Shown here in pieces: positions 26,236 through 39,543 of a stretch of 63,484 nucleotides of DNA (position 1 is its first letter; each line of letters begins with the position of its first letter). The DNA is taken from assembly GCF_001194135.2 (NCBI RefSeq), contig NC_068985.1, positions 82,247,647 to 82,311,130 of the forward strand, written 5' to 3'. This stretch comes from Octopus bimaculoides (Eukaryota). The notes beneath the pieces were generated by a model that worked only from the letters and a program-made list of their open reading frames with translations, was not told the origin of the DNA and ran no database searches. Position numbers and translations under genes: made by a program.

Positions 26236-27658
26236 ATATATACATGAGTGCTATATATAATTTATATATGAGTTCATCGTTTCACTATCTTCGTGTGTTT
26301 TATATATGTGTATATATATGATGATGTTGATGACGACGGGAGAAGTATATATATTTGTATCTGTATGATTGTGTAAGTCTGTAAGTATGTATGTATATGG
26401 TATCACTCATTACATACCGCAACTTATAATTAATTAATTAATCAATTAATTATTTAATTAATTAATTATGTAATAATAATGATAATAGTAATAATAATAA
26501 TAGCAACAAAACAAGAAAAACAATTGTAAAAATATATCATTAGGGATCGCTATTGAAACAAGAAAATTTGATTTAAACATTAAGAACCATTATACAATCC
26601 ATGATGATGATGATGTAGATGATGACGTAGATGATGATGATGACGATGATGATGACAACAGTGATGACAATGAAGATGATAATGATAGTGATGATGATGA
26701 TCATCATCATCATGTTAATAACAAATCTCCTCTTTGATGAAAATACTAGAAGCTTTTGATAATACAAAGTTAAAACAAACAAACAAGAAATAAATAGCAG
26801 AATCAACTAAGTACTACCAGCTGAGTTCAGGTTTATCTTTCAGCTTGTTCCTATGATAAAGGATAACTACTACTTATCTCTTTCTTTATTCCCTAACCAT
26901 GGCAGATGTTTCAGAACAAAAGAATCAACAAAACTGTAGGACCATGATTTGGTCAAACCAATAAGCGACCCCACAGGGGGAGGGGGGTGCAGAGCAGGGA
27001 ATGAAGAGTACTTGAGGGTATTTCCATTCAAATCCTCAACTCTCTCTCTCCCTCATTCTCTCTCTCTCACTCTCTCTCAATATATGCATGATTTAATTCG
27101 TTTATGTGTACATGTACAATATGTGTATGCCTCATCATCATTTTAATGTCCACTCTGTCATGCTTACATGAATCAGATGGAATTCATTGAAACAAAATTT
27201 TGTTGGTTGGATACCCTTCCTGTTGCCAACCCTCCCCTGTTTCTAGATAAGGTAACATTTCCCCATAGTTAGACATGTTTTCTCAGAAGATTGGAATTGA
27301 AAGATATCACCTGTATGACTGTGACACTTGCAAACAATTATCAACCAATGTCAAAACAAGTGGACACTAGCACAAGCACACACATTTACACACATGTAGA
27401 GACACACACATATATATGTATATATATATATATATTCTTGTATTCCTTTATTTGTTTCAATCAGTTGACTGCAGCCATGTGGGAACACTGCCTTTAGTCA
27501 AACAAGTTGATTCTTCGTAAGCCTAGTGCTTATTCTATTCATCTCTTTGGCTGAACTGCTAAGTTATGGGTTGTAAGCACACCAATATCGGTTGTTAAGC
27601 CATGGTTGGGGACAAACACAGGCACACAAACATATATATATATATATATGTATATATT

Positions 27659-28216
27659 GGGAGAATTCACAAGAAAACAAGGTGAAGACAGGTGGTATAG
27701 ACAACAAACAGATGTATTAGTTTAACGCTTGAGAAGTGAAGAAGCCTTTAACGTTTCGAGCCTACGCTCTTCCACAGAAAGGAACACAGAAAGAAACAAG
27801 GAGAGAAAATAAAGAAAGTGTAGTGGCTAGCGATCTATCATGGCGAATGCCAGACAGAAAGGTCACACAGGAGACGATGAGGGGGGAGGGAGAAGGTGAG
27901 TTGGAGCAAAGAGAAGAGAGAAGGAGAATAGGAGTGAAGAGAGAAGATTAATCCCTGCTCACAGCACAAACAGAAGTCCAGATAACCCCTGTGGAAGGAC
28001 AATCCAAGCACAGACAGGTGTTGCAAGAGTGACCGGTAGAGCAGAAATGGCACAAGACCAGGGTGTCATTGCCAAGTTGAATATCTCGGAGGAGTTCTGC
28101 GAATCGGTCAGCCAAGTGACATCCCATTTGCCTGATGTATAGAGAAGGGCAGAGAGAGAGCAGGAGATGCAGTAGATGATATTGGTAGAAGTGCAGGTGA
28201 AGGAGTCGGTGATAGC
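27659..28216 (-). mobile_element. 5'-truncated Penelope-like element: GIY-YIG endonuclease remnant plus 3' LTR
   Basis: ITDSFTCTSTNIIYCISCSLCPSLYIRQMGCHLADRFAELLRDIQLGND..HF.STGHS; QHLSVLGL..EQGLIF; tail shared with 25967-26092. Confidence 0.85.
27745..27782 (-). ncRNA. Minimal hammerhead-like motif, A6U variant
   Basis: CCUUU-CUGUGGA-A-GAGC-GUAG-GCUC-GAA-ACGU-U-AAAGG: 5-bp stem I, 4-bp stem II, loopless palindromic stem III (ACGU), GUU cleavage triplet. Confidence 0.55.
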
Positions 28217-28574
28217 TTCCAGTTTCTATCTACCAAATCCACTCACAAGGCTTAGGTCAGCTCGAGGCGATATTAGAAGACACTTGCCCAAGGTGCCACA
28301 CAGTGGGACTGAACCCGGAAACATGTGGTTGGGAAGCAAGTTTCTTACCACACAACCACTCCAGTACCTATTTATGTGTGTGTGGGTGTGTGTGTGTGTG
28401 TTTGTGTACATATAAATATATATATTATATACTTACATACCTACATACATACATACATATATATTTAAATAAGACTTTGGTTGCAACATCCTCTGGAAAA
28501 TTATATATTTAAATATATATAATTACATATGGATACATAAATACACCTGTTCTGCTCTCTTCCAAATGAAATAA

Positions 28575-28805
28575 ATACTGGAAAAGTTGTTAGTGACAAG
28601 TAAGCCAGTATAGTGAGCTTTAATTGACCTTCAGAAAGCATTGACAGGGTACCACACCTGCTAGTGTTTAGGTCACCAAGAAAACAAAGTACAGAGATGC
28701 TATTAAGCTTGAAGTAAGCTGTGACTTCAGAGAAGATTTTAGTGAGCAGGTAGGTATCTATCATCACTTGATTCTTTGCTCCCACTTGTTTATTGTAGTT
28801 CTTTT
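28575..28805 (+). pseudogene. Ancient RTE-type RT fragment
   Basis: EKLL..KPV..ALIDLQKA-DRVP (from AFVDLEKAFDRVP); EDFSEQVGIYH..L.PHLFIVVL (from VGVHQGSVLSPLLF). Confidence 0.65.
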
Positions 28806-29439
28806 GGTAACAGTAGACAAGTCTAAGACCAGTTAAACATGGGAATTTCAGTATTCACTGTTGAATTTGTTCTTAATTATTTTCTAATTTTCTTAATTAT
28901 TTGTACTATAAATCTTTCTGTAGCTCAAGTCTTTATTTATTTTGTTGCCTCTCATAGTTGCTTTGTTCTAGATCATCCTCTTTGACCACATTTATACAAA
29001 TACATGTGTGCACACACATACACACACACTCACATGCACACATACATACACATGTCCACATAAGTAGACTATATCACACATGTACTCTGAGAGAGAATTA
29101 GAAAAGGGATTCACTAAATAACACATAATTCAAAAGAGAATTAGAGCAGAGATTCTGAATGATGAAGTAAAGCCTGCAATAGGGAGATCTTAAAGTAAAT
29201 CCAACAAAGATAAAAGAAATAATTAACAGAAGACAAGACTCAACAACCATCAGTGAAGTTCTATAGGCAATAGGCTGAAAAGGGGTCAATACTCAGTGTA
29301 AACCAATGAGCACATGTGTGCATATTAGAGAGTGAGTGAACAAATGTATATTTGTATGTGAATAATCAAGCAGACATAAATGTCTGTGTGTATAAATAAG
29401 TTACATGAACAGATGACTTTTATCTGTAATATACTGAAA

Positions 29440-29653
29440 GCGGTGAGCTGGCAGAAATGTTAGCACGCAGGGTGAAATGCTTAGCAATATTTCATCTGTC
29501 TTTACGTTCTAAGTTCAAATTCTGCCGAGGTCGACTTTGCCTTTCATCCTTTTGGGATCGATAAATTAAGTACCACTTGCGTACTGGGGTCGATCTAATC
29601 AACTGGCCCCCTCCCCTAAAATTTCAGGCCCTGTGCCTAAAGTAGAAAGGGAT
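29440..29653 (+). mobile_element. Full-length Meta-like tRNA SINE
   Basis: gcggtgagctggcagaaatgttagcacg..gaggtcgactttgcctttcatcctttt..aatttcaggccctgtgcct. Confidence 0.9.
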
Positions 29654-29763
29654 ATACTGAAGAAACATAAGTGCGAGTGCAAGTGTGAGTGTGTTAGTAT
29701 TTCTGGTGTGTGTGTGTATGTGTGTGTGCACGCGAGTGTGTTTGTGTGTGTGTGTGTGCACGC

Positions 29764-29797
<34 letters not shown>

Positions 29798-30499
29798 GCA
29801 CGTGCACCAAATAATGATTAGATCTTTCATTGAGGTATGAATGAGTAAAAGACAGAAATTAGAGAGAAAATTACTGGTTGGGGAGTAAGGCATTGAAAGA
29901 GATGGGAAAATAAAGGAGGAAAAATAAAACCTAGAACAATGTAGATTATACACTGGACACATTTAAAAGTAGATAGTCACTAATTCATTTAGGTTAAGAA
30001 ATATTGTTTAAATGCATGTATGTGATATATGAATATGCAGTTACAAACCAAAAAGAAATAGTGAAAAAACACTATGGAAAGAATAACAAAAAAATTTATT
30101 GCTCATTCATTATATATATTTATGGATAAAAATATATAATCATAGGATCTCATAAACACAAACAGACATATCTGAGTGTGTGTGGTGCATGTGTGTGTGT
30201 TTGTGTGTGTGTGCGCACAGGAAAAGAGGAAGAGAGGCAATGAGTGAGAGAGAAAATTTATTGTTTGAGTTTGTACTCAGAATTTTAGTTTTACATAGCA
30301 ACATAAAACTCCAAGTAAGAATTCATACAGACTCTGGTTTAAATAAATATTATTCTATTTCACCTTGTATTAAGTACTTTCTTTCATTCGATTGCAATCA
30401 GACCAGTGTGATTTAGTATAACAATATATATATATATATATATATAACAAACAGCCTCCAAACCTTAAAAGATGATTTTGCTATCAATGTATCATTGAA

Positions 30500-30875
30500 A
30501 CAGTTTCTGGTGGTGCCGAGACATAGAATCTGACAAAAGACTTCATGGGCAAACTGATAACAGATCAACATGCTTACAAATTGAACACGGAAAGCCTTAA
30601 AGCAAAATGGATCCCAAAACAAATGAAAGTAAATAACATTATCAAATACATAAAACTATGGAAATGGAGCTGGGCAGGATAATGTCTTGAAGACAAGTGA
30701 TGACAATAAGTGGATGGAAAAGCCAACAAACTGGATTGTAAAAGATACAGTAAACAATGATGTACAAGACGTAGGGAATAAATTAAGAGCTTTGTCACAA
30801 ACTGGAGATCAGACAGCAAAGTTAAAAGCTATAGAGATAAGGCAAATACAGCAGCTGGATTGGGAAAGTATGGCT
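30500..30875 (+). pseudogene. Decayed RTE/BovB-like LINE C-terminal fragment
   Basis: WIPKQMKVNNIIKYIKLWKWSWAG*..DDNKW..PTNW (KW-WAGH..D.RW motif). Confidence 0.65.
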
Positions 30876-33124
30876 CATACACACACACATGTGTGTGTGT
30901 ATTGATTCAATCTAAAATACCTCCCAATCCCTTCTCATTAGTTAAAATAACATTTGCAACCACATGGCTTCAGGTTCAGTCCCACTACATGGCACTTTAC
31001 CCAACTAATGCTTTATGAATGAATTTAGCAGATGGAAACTGTGTGGAAGCCTTTGTTTTGTGTGTATGTGTGTGTGTACTTAAAAATAAACTTGAATTGT
31101 TTGGCTAAACCATTCAAGGCATTACCCCAGCATGGATGCAGTCCATTGACTGAAACAAGTAAAAGTTAAAAGATAAAAGCTATAGATTCATCTCTCAAAG
31201 ATTATGTTCAATTCCTGCCAGGGATTTCTTTACTTTTCAGCCCCTTTTAATATCAATAACATAAGTTAAGTGCAATTTGTTAAAATAGATTCCATTCAAT
31301 CAACAATAGAAATGCCCAATATAAATTTGTCATGCTTTGTAAAAATGTTTGCAAACACAAAAACTCAACTACAGCTGGAAACGGAATTTTGGCAACTAAT
31401 TTATATTGCATTGCACTTAGAATTTATATAACATGATATATACTATGTCACTATGATATATACACAGAACAGAAATTATTAACTGTGAATATCATTGCTT
31501 ATTATTTTCATCATTATTTAGCTCTAGGCCAGCCCTGATTGAGGAGACTCATGATCAAAGGTCTTCCAACTATGACCATCTGTCTTAGTTTAGCCTATGT
31601 AATAAAGCCATATTCTTCTATGTGTTCTTGTGTAAGGTTTGAAGGATATTTGGCTGCTATTTCTAACAGGTTGAGCAACCACATATTGGCTTTCATGTGT
31701 TATCAGTGTTGCTCCCATCACTATTTGCAAAAAAAAATTTTTGAACTGCCACAGTAAAAAATTCTACAGCTCCCAACTTCTTCCTCCTGTGTCACAGCCA
31801 CCATTAGAATCCAGTAATTTCACCACCACCATAACCATGATGACAACCACTACCACTACCACTACCATATATTACCAGCCACCATCCCCAAAATATACAA
31901 CCACCAAACTGGATAAAGCAACATGATGCTAAACTAGCTGGAGGCAAAATTTGTGAATGGAATTTGTGAAAATGTTTATGTCTGATGTAACAGCAATTAA
32001 TTGTCTCCTGTTGACCATGGAATGAAGCATTAAGGAAGAAAACACAATAATTGTTTTCTTAATTTCTTTGTGTTCTTTTTTTTTCTTTTGTGTATATCTT
32101 TGTGCTTGTGTCTGTTATTTTTTGTTTTCAATTACTCAAAAGATTCCTACTGAGTACAATATTTAACACTTTCAACTTTAGGTAATCTTAAAAAACAACT
32201 GATTTTAACCTACAAGGCCTAACTACATTTAAATAAAGGCATGCCTGGGGGAAATTAACAGATGATATTGTCAGCAATGTGGTATAAGCATTTAAACATT
32301 CAGCCTTTGCTGAAATGACAATACTATTAATAATAATTTCTAACATAGGCACAAGTCCACACATTTTATGGAAAGAATATCGAGTCTAGTACTTGAGTGG
32401 TACTTAATTTATTGACTCTGGAAGGATAAAAGTAGATATCTTCCCCGTGAACAAGGGTTTGAACAGAGAATGTAAAAGGAAAGATATAACAAAATATCAT
32501 CAAGCCTTTCATTCATACTGCTATCGTTTCTGCCCACAATAGTAATAATAATCATTTCCATATTTGCCACAAGTGAGATGGAGGGGAGACATTATTGGAA
32601 CACAACTATAATAATAATGACGATGATAATGATGATAATAATATCCCAGTGTCATTTTGGTAGCATGCATTGCTCTCTCACTCAATAATAGTAAGAAGAA
32701 GAAGGAGGAGGAGGAGGAGGAGAAGAAGAAGAAGAAGAAGAATTTTGGGTTTAGGTACAAGGCTAATAACTTTGAGGGGGAGGAGTTAATTGGTACTATC
32801 AACCCTAGTACATGACTAATATTTTATTTTATTAACTCCCCAAAAAGATGAATGGCAAAACTGACCTTGATGGGATTTGAACTTTGAACATAAAGGGCTA
32901 AAAGAAATACCACAAAGCAATTTTCCTAATATTCTAACAATTCTCCCAATCCACAATAGCTTTAAGCTAATGAAAATGATTATGCTATTCTTGTTCTGTT
33001 ATCCTTTCATCATTTATTAATTGACATTACACTCTGAGTTCACCTGACACTTTACTCTAAAACATAAGGACATTGAGCTCTAACAACTGGTTGTTATTAT
33101 TGCTAAGTCTAAGACTTATAAAAC

Positions 33125-33510
33125 AGAGGTGGTGTTGTAGTGTTATCAAACAACAACAGTAGTGGAGAACATATACAGAAATATGTTGGAGCATCAGAGG
33201 GACCCCTTTAAGGCCAAGCTAAATAATCACAAATCCTTTTTTTAGAATCTAAAGGGTGTGCAATGTTACAATGATAGCTAGTTATATGAAAAGATTAAAA
33301 GAAGAAGGAATGTTGTATAGAATCCATTGGAAACTGCTTGAACAGTTTGACCCATATCTGAATAGAAGTAGACATTGCAAGCTTTGCTTGGCTGAGAGAA
33401 GAACCTTTCTACAAAATTCACACAATTCAGATGCTTTCCTAAACTCAAAAAGCGAAATATTTTATTGCAGTCCTCATGAAAGAAAATTCATTTTACAAGA
33501 CAGTCATCCC
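33125..33510 (+). pseudogene. Penelope-like GIY-YIG endonuclease remnant
   Basis: KYVGASEG-FKAKLNNHKSF; I.WKLLEQFDPYLNRSRHCKLCLAERR..FLNSKSEIFYCSPHERKFIL. Confidence 0.8.
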
Positions 33511-33826
33511 TGTTTTTGACCTAGAGAATGACGAGTATGTACACACAGCTGACTTCACTCCAAAGGAAGCAGCATTTCTTTCCTTACTGAAAGTTTTATA
33601 ACTTTTTACTACCCTTTTGCTCCAGTTTGTTATACTGTCACCAACCTACCAGGACTATATATCTATACCACCAGTAAAAAAGAGGCAAGTATGCCAACCA
33701 GTATGCCTGTAGAGTCATCAATATAGCTAGTGTGAGATTGTTGGTAACAGTCTTACCAGATGCCATAACCCGTAAAATACTGCTCTACCGTATAAAAATA
33801 TAACCGCTCTATTTCTATTTTAGAGT

Positions 33827-33879
<53 letters not shown>

Positions 33880-34169
33880 GAAAGAAAAACAGTCGTTTCT
33901 AATTCTAAACTTTAAAAAGAACTAAGCAAAAAGATAAACAAAGCTTGATATCAAAATTAGGTGTCAAACACTGTCGCAGATGTAATTTTGGTGAATTGCA
34001 TCAGTGATTTAACATAATTTTCCACTGTGAGCTGTTTCACTTACACTCTACAAGTACCATTTTTCTATTCATTCACTAAAATTAATAGGGTTCATCATTC
34101 ATTGACAGACTATTCAAGTAATGAAGAGAGCATTTAATTATGCTGGTGAATGGGCTGTTTATGATAATG

Positions 34170-34316
34170 AAGCTTAGAAATAGACCTAGAAAGATTATAA
34201 CTTGAATATAAAGAAAACATAGATAGAAAATTCTTAGGCTTGATAGATAAACATTCCCCAGATAGCCACAAATATAAGAAAAGCTTTAATAGATATTCCG
34301 TGAAAGTTTCTTACAG
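34170..34316 (+). pseudogene. Penelope-like RT-EN linker remnant
   Basis: RPRKII..RKFLGLIDKHSPDSHKYKKSFNRYSVKVSYS (FL.LIDKHFP..KIFNR..VKVSYSC motif), cut by a SINE. Confidence 0.7.
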
Positions 34317-34715
34317 CTTCTCAACCACATGGTTTCAAATTCAGTCCCACTGCAAAGCACCTTGGGTAAGTATCTTTTACTATAGCCCTAGGTCAACTAA
34401 AGCCTTGGGGTGGATTTGGTAGATGGAAGCTGAATGAAGCCAGTTGTATTTGTATGTGCGCGCATGCAAGCATGTGTGTCTGTGTGTACCCTTATCTTGA
34501 CATCACAATATGGTTCTAAGCAAGTATTAGCATTATACAAGCAATGTTCTTCATTTCCAGTTTTGTGTGGAAAACATGTCTGCTCATGGGAATTATTAAC
34601 TCGATTGGAAACAGTTTGCAAGAGAAGGGTATCAAGCCTTAGATAATCTTTCTCTACTTATTCCATCTCATCTATGCAAGAATGGAAAAGTGGACATTAA
34701 ATGATAATGATGAGG
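34317..34715 (+). mobile_element. CORE-like SINE with RTE-type tail
   Basis: CORE head plus cttatcttgacatcac..gaaaacatgtc..aatggaaaagtggacattaaatgataatg. Confidence 0.8.
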
Positions 34716-34759
34716 TGGAATATATATATATATATACATATATATATACATATATATAC

Positions 34760-34826
<67 letters not shown>

Positions 34827-34829
<3 letters not shown>

Positions 34830-34995
34830 TCTCTGAGTGGTTGGCGTTAGGAAGGGCATCCAGCTGTAGAAACTCTGCCAAATTGGACTGGAGCCTGGTG
34901 TTGCCATCCGGTTTCACCAGTCCTCAGTCAAATCGTCCAACCCATGCTAGCATGGAAAGAGGACGTTAAACGATGATGATGATGATGATGATGAT
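34827..34995 (+). mobile_element. Young 5'-truncated RTE tail inserted in (TA)n
   Basis: Near-identical to the reverse complement of 62561-62742; ends in (GAT)n. Confidence 0.9.
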
Positions 34996-36309
34996 ATATA
35001 TACATATGCTGAAAAGATGATAATACACCATTTCAGTTTCAATTCAGTTTAGTCAGAAACTTGCTGCTCATGAAAAGAAATCAGTAAATTGTAATGGTAC
35101 AGACTTTCATACGCTGGTGATACAGATGTTAAACAAGACAAGTCTGAGGCTCACTTTCAATTTCTGCTTGTAGCCATGCCTTTTATTTATTGTTTGTCAT
35201 CTCTTTCAGAAAGGCATAGATATCACATATTCTCTTCCTTTCCTCATAAAATTCAGTTTTTATGCCTGCATTAAGACATCAGTTAAGATGCTGACTAAAT
35301 AATTAAATGGCAGCAAAGTTGATCCTGCAGTAGATGAACTGTAAATTTTAATTTTGTGTTACCTGATAGCTAAGTTATGTGAATATGCAAGAGACATAAG
35401 GTGGGGGTAAAACTTACTCTCACACACTTTTGTTTCACAGCAACGTAAGCCACCCTCATTAGTTTACTTACAAATGATAGTGAAAGACCAAAGTGAAAAA
35501 AAGTGCACGACAATAACAACAACAAAAAAGGTAGTTTTGATGTTAAAAATGTCACACATAAAATAAAAGAAAAAAATGTTCCACCTTCTCCATTTTGAAA
35601 TCAAATCTCTGATTACACCAGTCTGACATGTTAAAAAAGAGATAAATAATAAAAACCTTACTCCTCTGGTCATTTCAGATTGATTCAACTAAATAATATA
35701 CATCAAATATCTCTGTATTATTTATCAGATAAGATTTTTGTTGGTTTCCCTTCACCAAGGTTTTTAGAGTTAGCAGGAAATAAAATAAATAAATAAATAA
35801 AAAAGTAAATAAATCCCTGTCCAAACTACCATTCCCTTATCTGGATGGTAGATTTATGGCAACAAAACTGTTTTGCAGCTTCTTTTTCCTAATCATATCC
35901 AAACACTATCACATACCTAACCTCTCAACCACCTCAGTTGTATTTGGTTCCATTTGGAAGCGATTTAATTATATATACAACACCACTACCAACACCAACA
36001 CCACCAACAATACTATCATTGATGATATGATTAATTGAAAGAAAAGTATTTATTTTCCAAGTGTAAATGAGTAAAAGTGTGTAGGAGAGGGAAAGATTAG
36101 TGAAACTTAAACATTTTCTGTTTTCCCCTCTCTGCTTCAGCTACCTCCATCATCCTTACAACCACAATTAGAATCAGTGTAATACTCATCCTTAACATAA
36201 TCATCATCACAATCCCAACCTCTACTGCCACCACCACTTCTAAAATACATCAACACCCAAGCATTAGAGCTAAAATCACTGAATATACCACCATTAATAA
36301 TTCTTTCTA

Positions 36310-36510
36310 ACTTAGGCACAAGGCCAGCAAAAATTTATGGGGTGTGGGTGTGACCCAAGAGCAACAATTACATCAACAAATGGTACATATTTTATTGACC
36401 CTGAAAGAATGAAAAGCAAAGTCGACTTCAGCAGAATTTGAACACAGAACATAAAAAAACCAACAAAATGCCACCTAGCAATCTGTCCAGCATTGCTAAT
36501 GGCTCTTCCA
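36310..36510 (-). mobile_element. Meta-like SINE
   Basis: ggcacaaggcc..aaaattt..gtacatattttattgaccctgaaagaatgaaaagcaaagtcgac. Confidence 0.75.
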
Positions 36511-39318
36511 TTTATAATGATAACAACTACATATAACTGCCACCAGTAGCAATGGATCACATTTTTTCTAAACATTTGTTTTGGTTGGAAGGATTGAAAA
36601 AATTCAAACATTTACCTACAAACTGTTGATGCACCTATTTTTCTACAGCCAGACACAATAACCTAACATCAAGTACTCATCATAGTTTCTTGCTAGGGTA
36701 GATAGAATCTAATAGTTGCGGAATGAAATTTGTTACCTTAGGACATTTTATCATAGCAACAAGAATCTCAATACATAGTCCCAACCATCTTGTAGAATTG
36801 AGTGGAAAGTGCGACTGAAAGATTAAAAAATGATAGACATATCCACATAACTATTGATATGATTAGTAGAAATTATTTATATCCATGTGTAAATAAACTA
36901 GATATTATAAGGAGGAAGGAATAGTAGGGGAATAATGAACCATGAACACTTTCTGTATTTTCTCCTCAATTTCAACCATATTTTGCATCTCCACAACTAT
37001 CACCACAACCATTATCACTAACCATTTCCATCTAAAATACATAGCATTAAGACAAAGCTTCAGTCCACTCCTGTCAGTGGCATAGATGCTGCATAATTGA
37101 CCATTGTTTTATTGACATGTTTTATTTGCTTGATGTAGTTGGCAAAGCCCATGCAGAAAAGTTTGGCAGCAACAATAACAACTGCAACACCATCTAAAGT
37201 CACTTGGAAACTGAGATCTCAGTAACAATAAATTTAAATTCAAATCATCAGGAATTTAGCAACAAGCTGCTCAGACAAGCTGTCTGTCATACATCTCTTT
37301 TCTGTATATTGCCATGGTGACAAAGAAAAATATTGCTTATTGTTCTTTTGTTGGTTTAAACAATTTTGGATATGAAGTTGTTTTATTACTAAAATTGTTA
37401 TTACAAGGAAATCATCATTATCATCACAGTTTCAAATTTTCCATAGCCTACTTTGTTTACCATCCTTCCAGTGCTTATAAAATCTATTCAGTCAACTATA
37501 CTCCACCACTACAAATGTGTAGTTTTGTATGAGTACAATATTTCATCACCATCATTCACATCCATTTTCCATGCTTGTATCAGTTGGATGGGTCTTAACA
37601 CTCATTACAGTTCACATCAGTTTGCTCACACAGCAATAAAGAAGACCAGGCAACTTTATAATTATATAAGTCTTACAACATATATTTTATCACCCCCACT
37701 AACACTAGAAGTGTTTTTTTTTTCATGTTAGTGAACAGAAGAGTTCCTTCAAACCTGCACAAAGTCTTATTCGGAGTTAATGTCCTACTAAACAAGCAAC
37801 CAGAGACATGATTTGCAAAATCCATGTTTCACTCCTACATACCATCTTTGGCATAGTTTTTGTGGTTGGATGCCCTACACGTCACTGGCCACCTTACAAA
37901 AAACACTGGGAGAATCTTATGGTAACATCAACAATATAAGTTCTCCCATGCAGGAGGACGAAAGAGTCTTTGGTACCCTGTATCAATTCTTATTCAGAGA
38001 TACTGCCTTTCAAGATGGGTAGCCTGTAATGTAGCTTGCTGAATCTACATTTCATTCATACAGTCTTTAAAATACTGTATGTTTTTTTGCTTTATTTCTT
38101 TTTAATGTGTGTGAGAGTTCAATTGATTATAGTGATCCTAGTACATTATTTCTACTTCATTTTAACAACCTCAGAAGGTTATAAGCTGATCTCAGCAGTA
38201 TTAAAACTCAGAATAAAAAGGTCTTTAATTAAATATTGTAAAGCACTCTAATAATTCTTCCAACCTACCACCTAAGTGAAATTCAGAAGTAAAAATTAAA
38301 TTATTTTAAATCCTCAGTTTAATAGGTTTATTATTTTAAAAATATATAAAAATAGTTTTGATTCTATTCTGTTATTTAAAAAGAAAAAAAAAGAAATCAT
38401 GAAATCTCCCCCCAAAAAACCAGGTTTTTTTGAAGAATTTCTAAACAACTCAGTCTAAACGAACAAACAAAAATTATTGCTTATTTGTAAATTTATAAAT
38501 ACATGACACTTAAATATGCAAAGTCATTAAAAATGAAACAAAAAATTGAGAAAATTCAAAATGATTCAATTAAATTGCTTTCAAATATAGATGTGTAGAT
38601 ATAACTCATAATTATAGCTACATATACCAGTAAAAACGTAGTTTAACCTTATAATTTAGTGATGTTCAGAGCAGATTAAAATAAAAATCTGTACAAGGGA
38701 CAAGTATGATTTCATTCATCTATGGCATATATAAATAAGTTATAGTTTATTGGTGATTAGTGTTGTTTTTTTTATCTATTTTACATATATGTATGTATGT
38801 ATGTATGTATGTATTATACATATATATACACACACACGTATATATAATTTTCTGCATTTTGCTAATGTTTTGTAAAGTAAATTAAATAAATACATAAACA
38901 AGAATATAGTGGTTGGTTATCTTTCTATTTCAACTATAAATCATCAGATAAAACATCTATGGCTCAAAATTTAATGAAATATATTTATGGATTATGGTGA
39001 GGATGATGATGATGATGGTGATAATGATGGTAGTGGTGGTGATAGTGATGATGATGATGAGGATAATGATGACGATGACGATGATAGCTTTTATTGTTAT
39101 TTTTGTTGTTGTTCTTATCATCATTATTATAGGGATGGGGATGGTGGCAACAACAATGATGATAAATACAAAAATGCCATACTTTTATTTCGCTTATTTT
39201 TGTTTTGTCTTGTTTCTCTCCCCAAAATTAAATGTATTCTATTCAGCAAGCAAACATACTTGCACACTGATAGACATATACAAATACAGGAATACATCTT
39301 TGAATGCATATGTGCATG

Positions 39319-39352
<34 letters not shown>

Positions 39353-39476
39353 CATACACACACATATCATATGTATACTTACACACACATATGCAAAGAC
39401 ACATAATTAGAGAATTTATCCAGCCTTTTTTCTTTTTAATGAAACACATTTTTTTAATATACACACACATGTGTGA

Positions 39477-39543
<67 letters not shown>

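Larger units (their letters stand above)
27443..28368 (-). mobile_element. CORE-like SINE split into 3' (27443-27632) and 5' (28217-28368) halves by a Penelope-like insertion
   Basis: The halves match the intact copies at 15215-15594 and 54078-54431. Confidence 0.8.

Noticed and set aside
35418-35470. Minus-strand GTAAGT donor after MRVAYVAVKQKCVR
   Set aside because: No credible acceptor and no homology; insufficient support
36137-36319. Gly/Asp/Cys-rich ORF
   Set aside because: Degenerate mixed trinucleotide repeat
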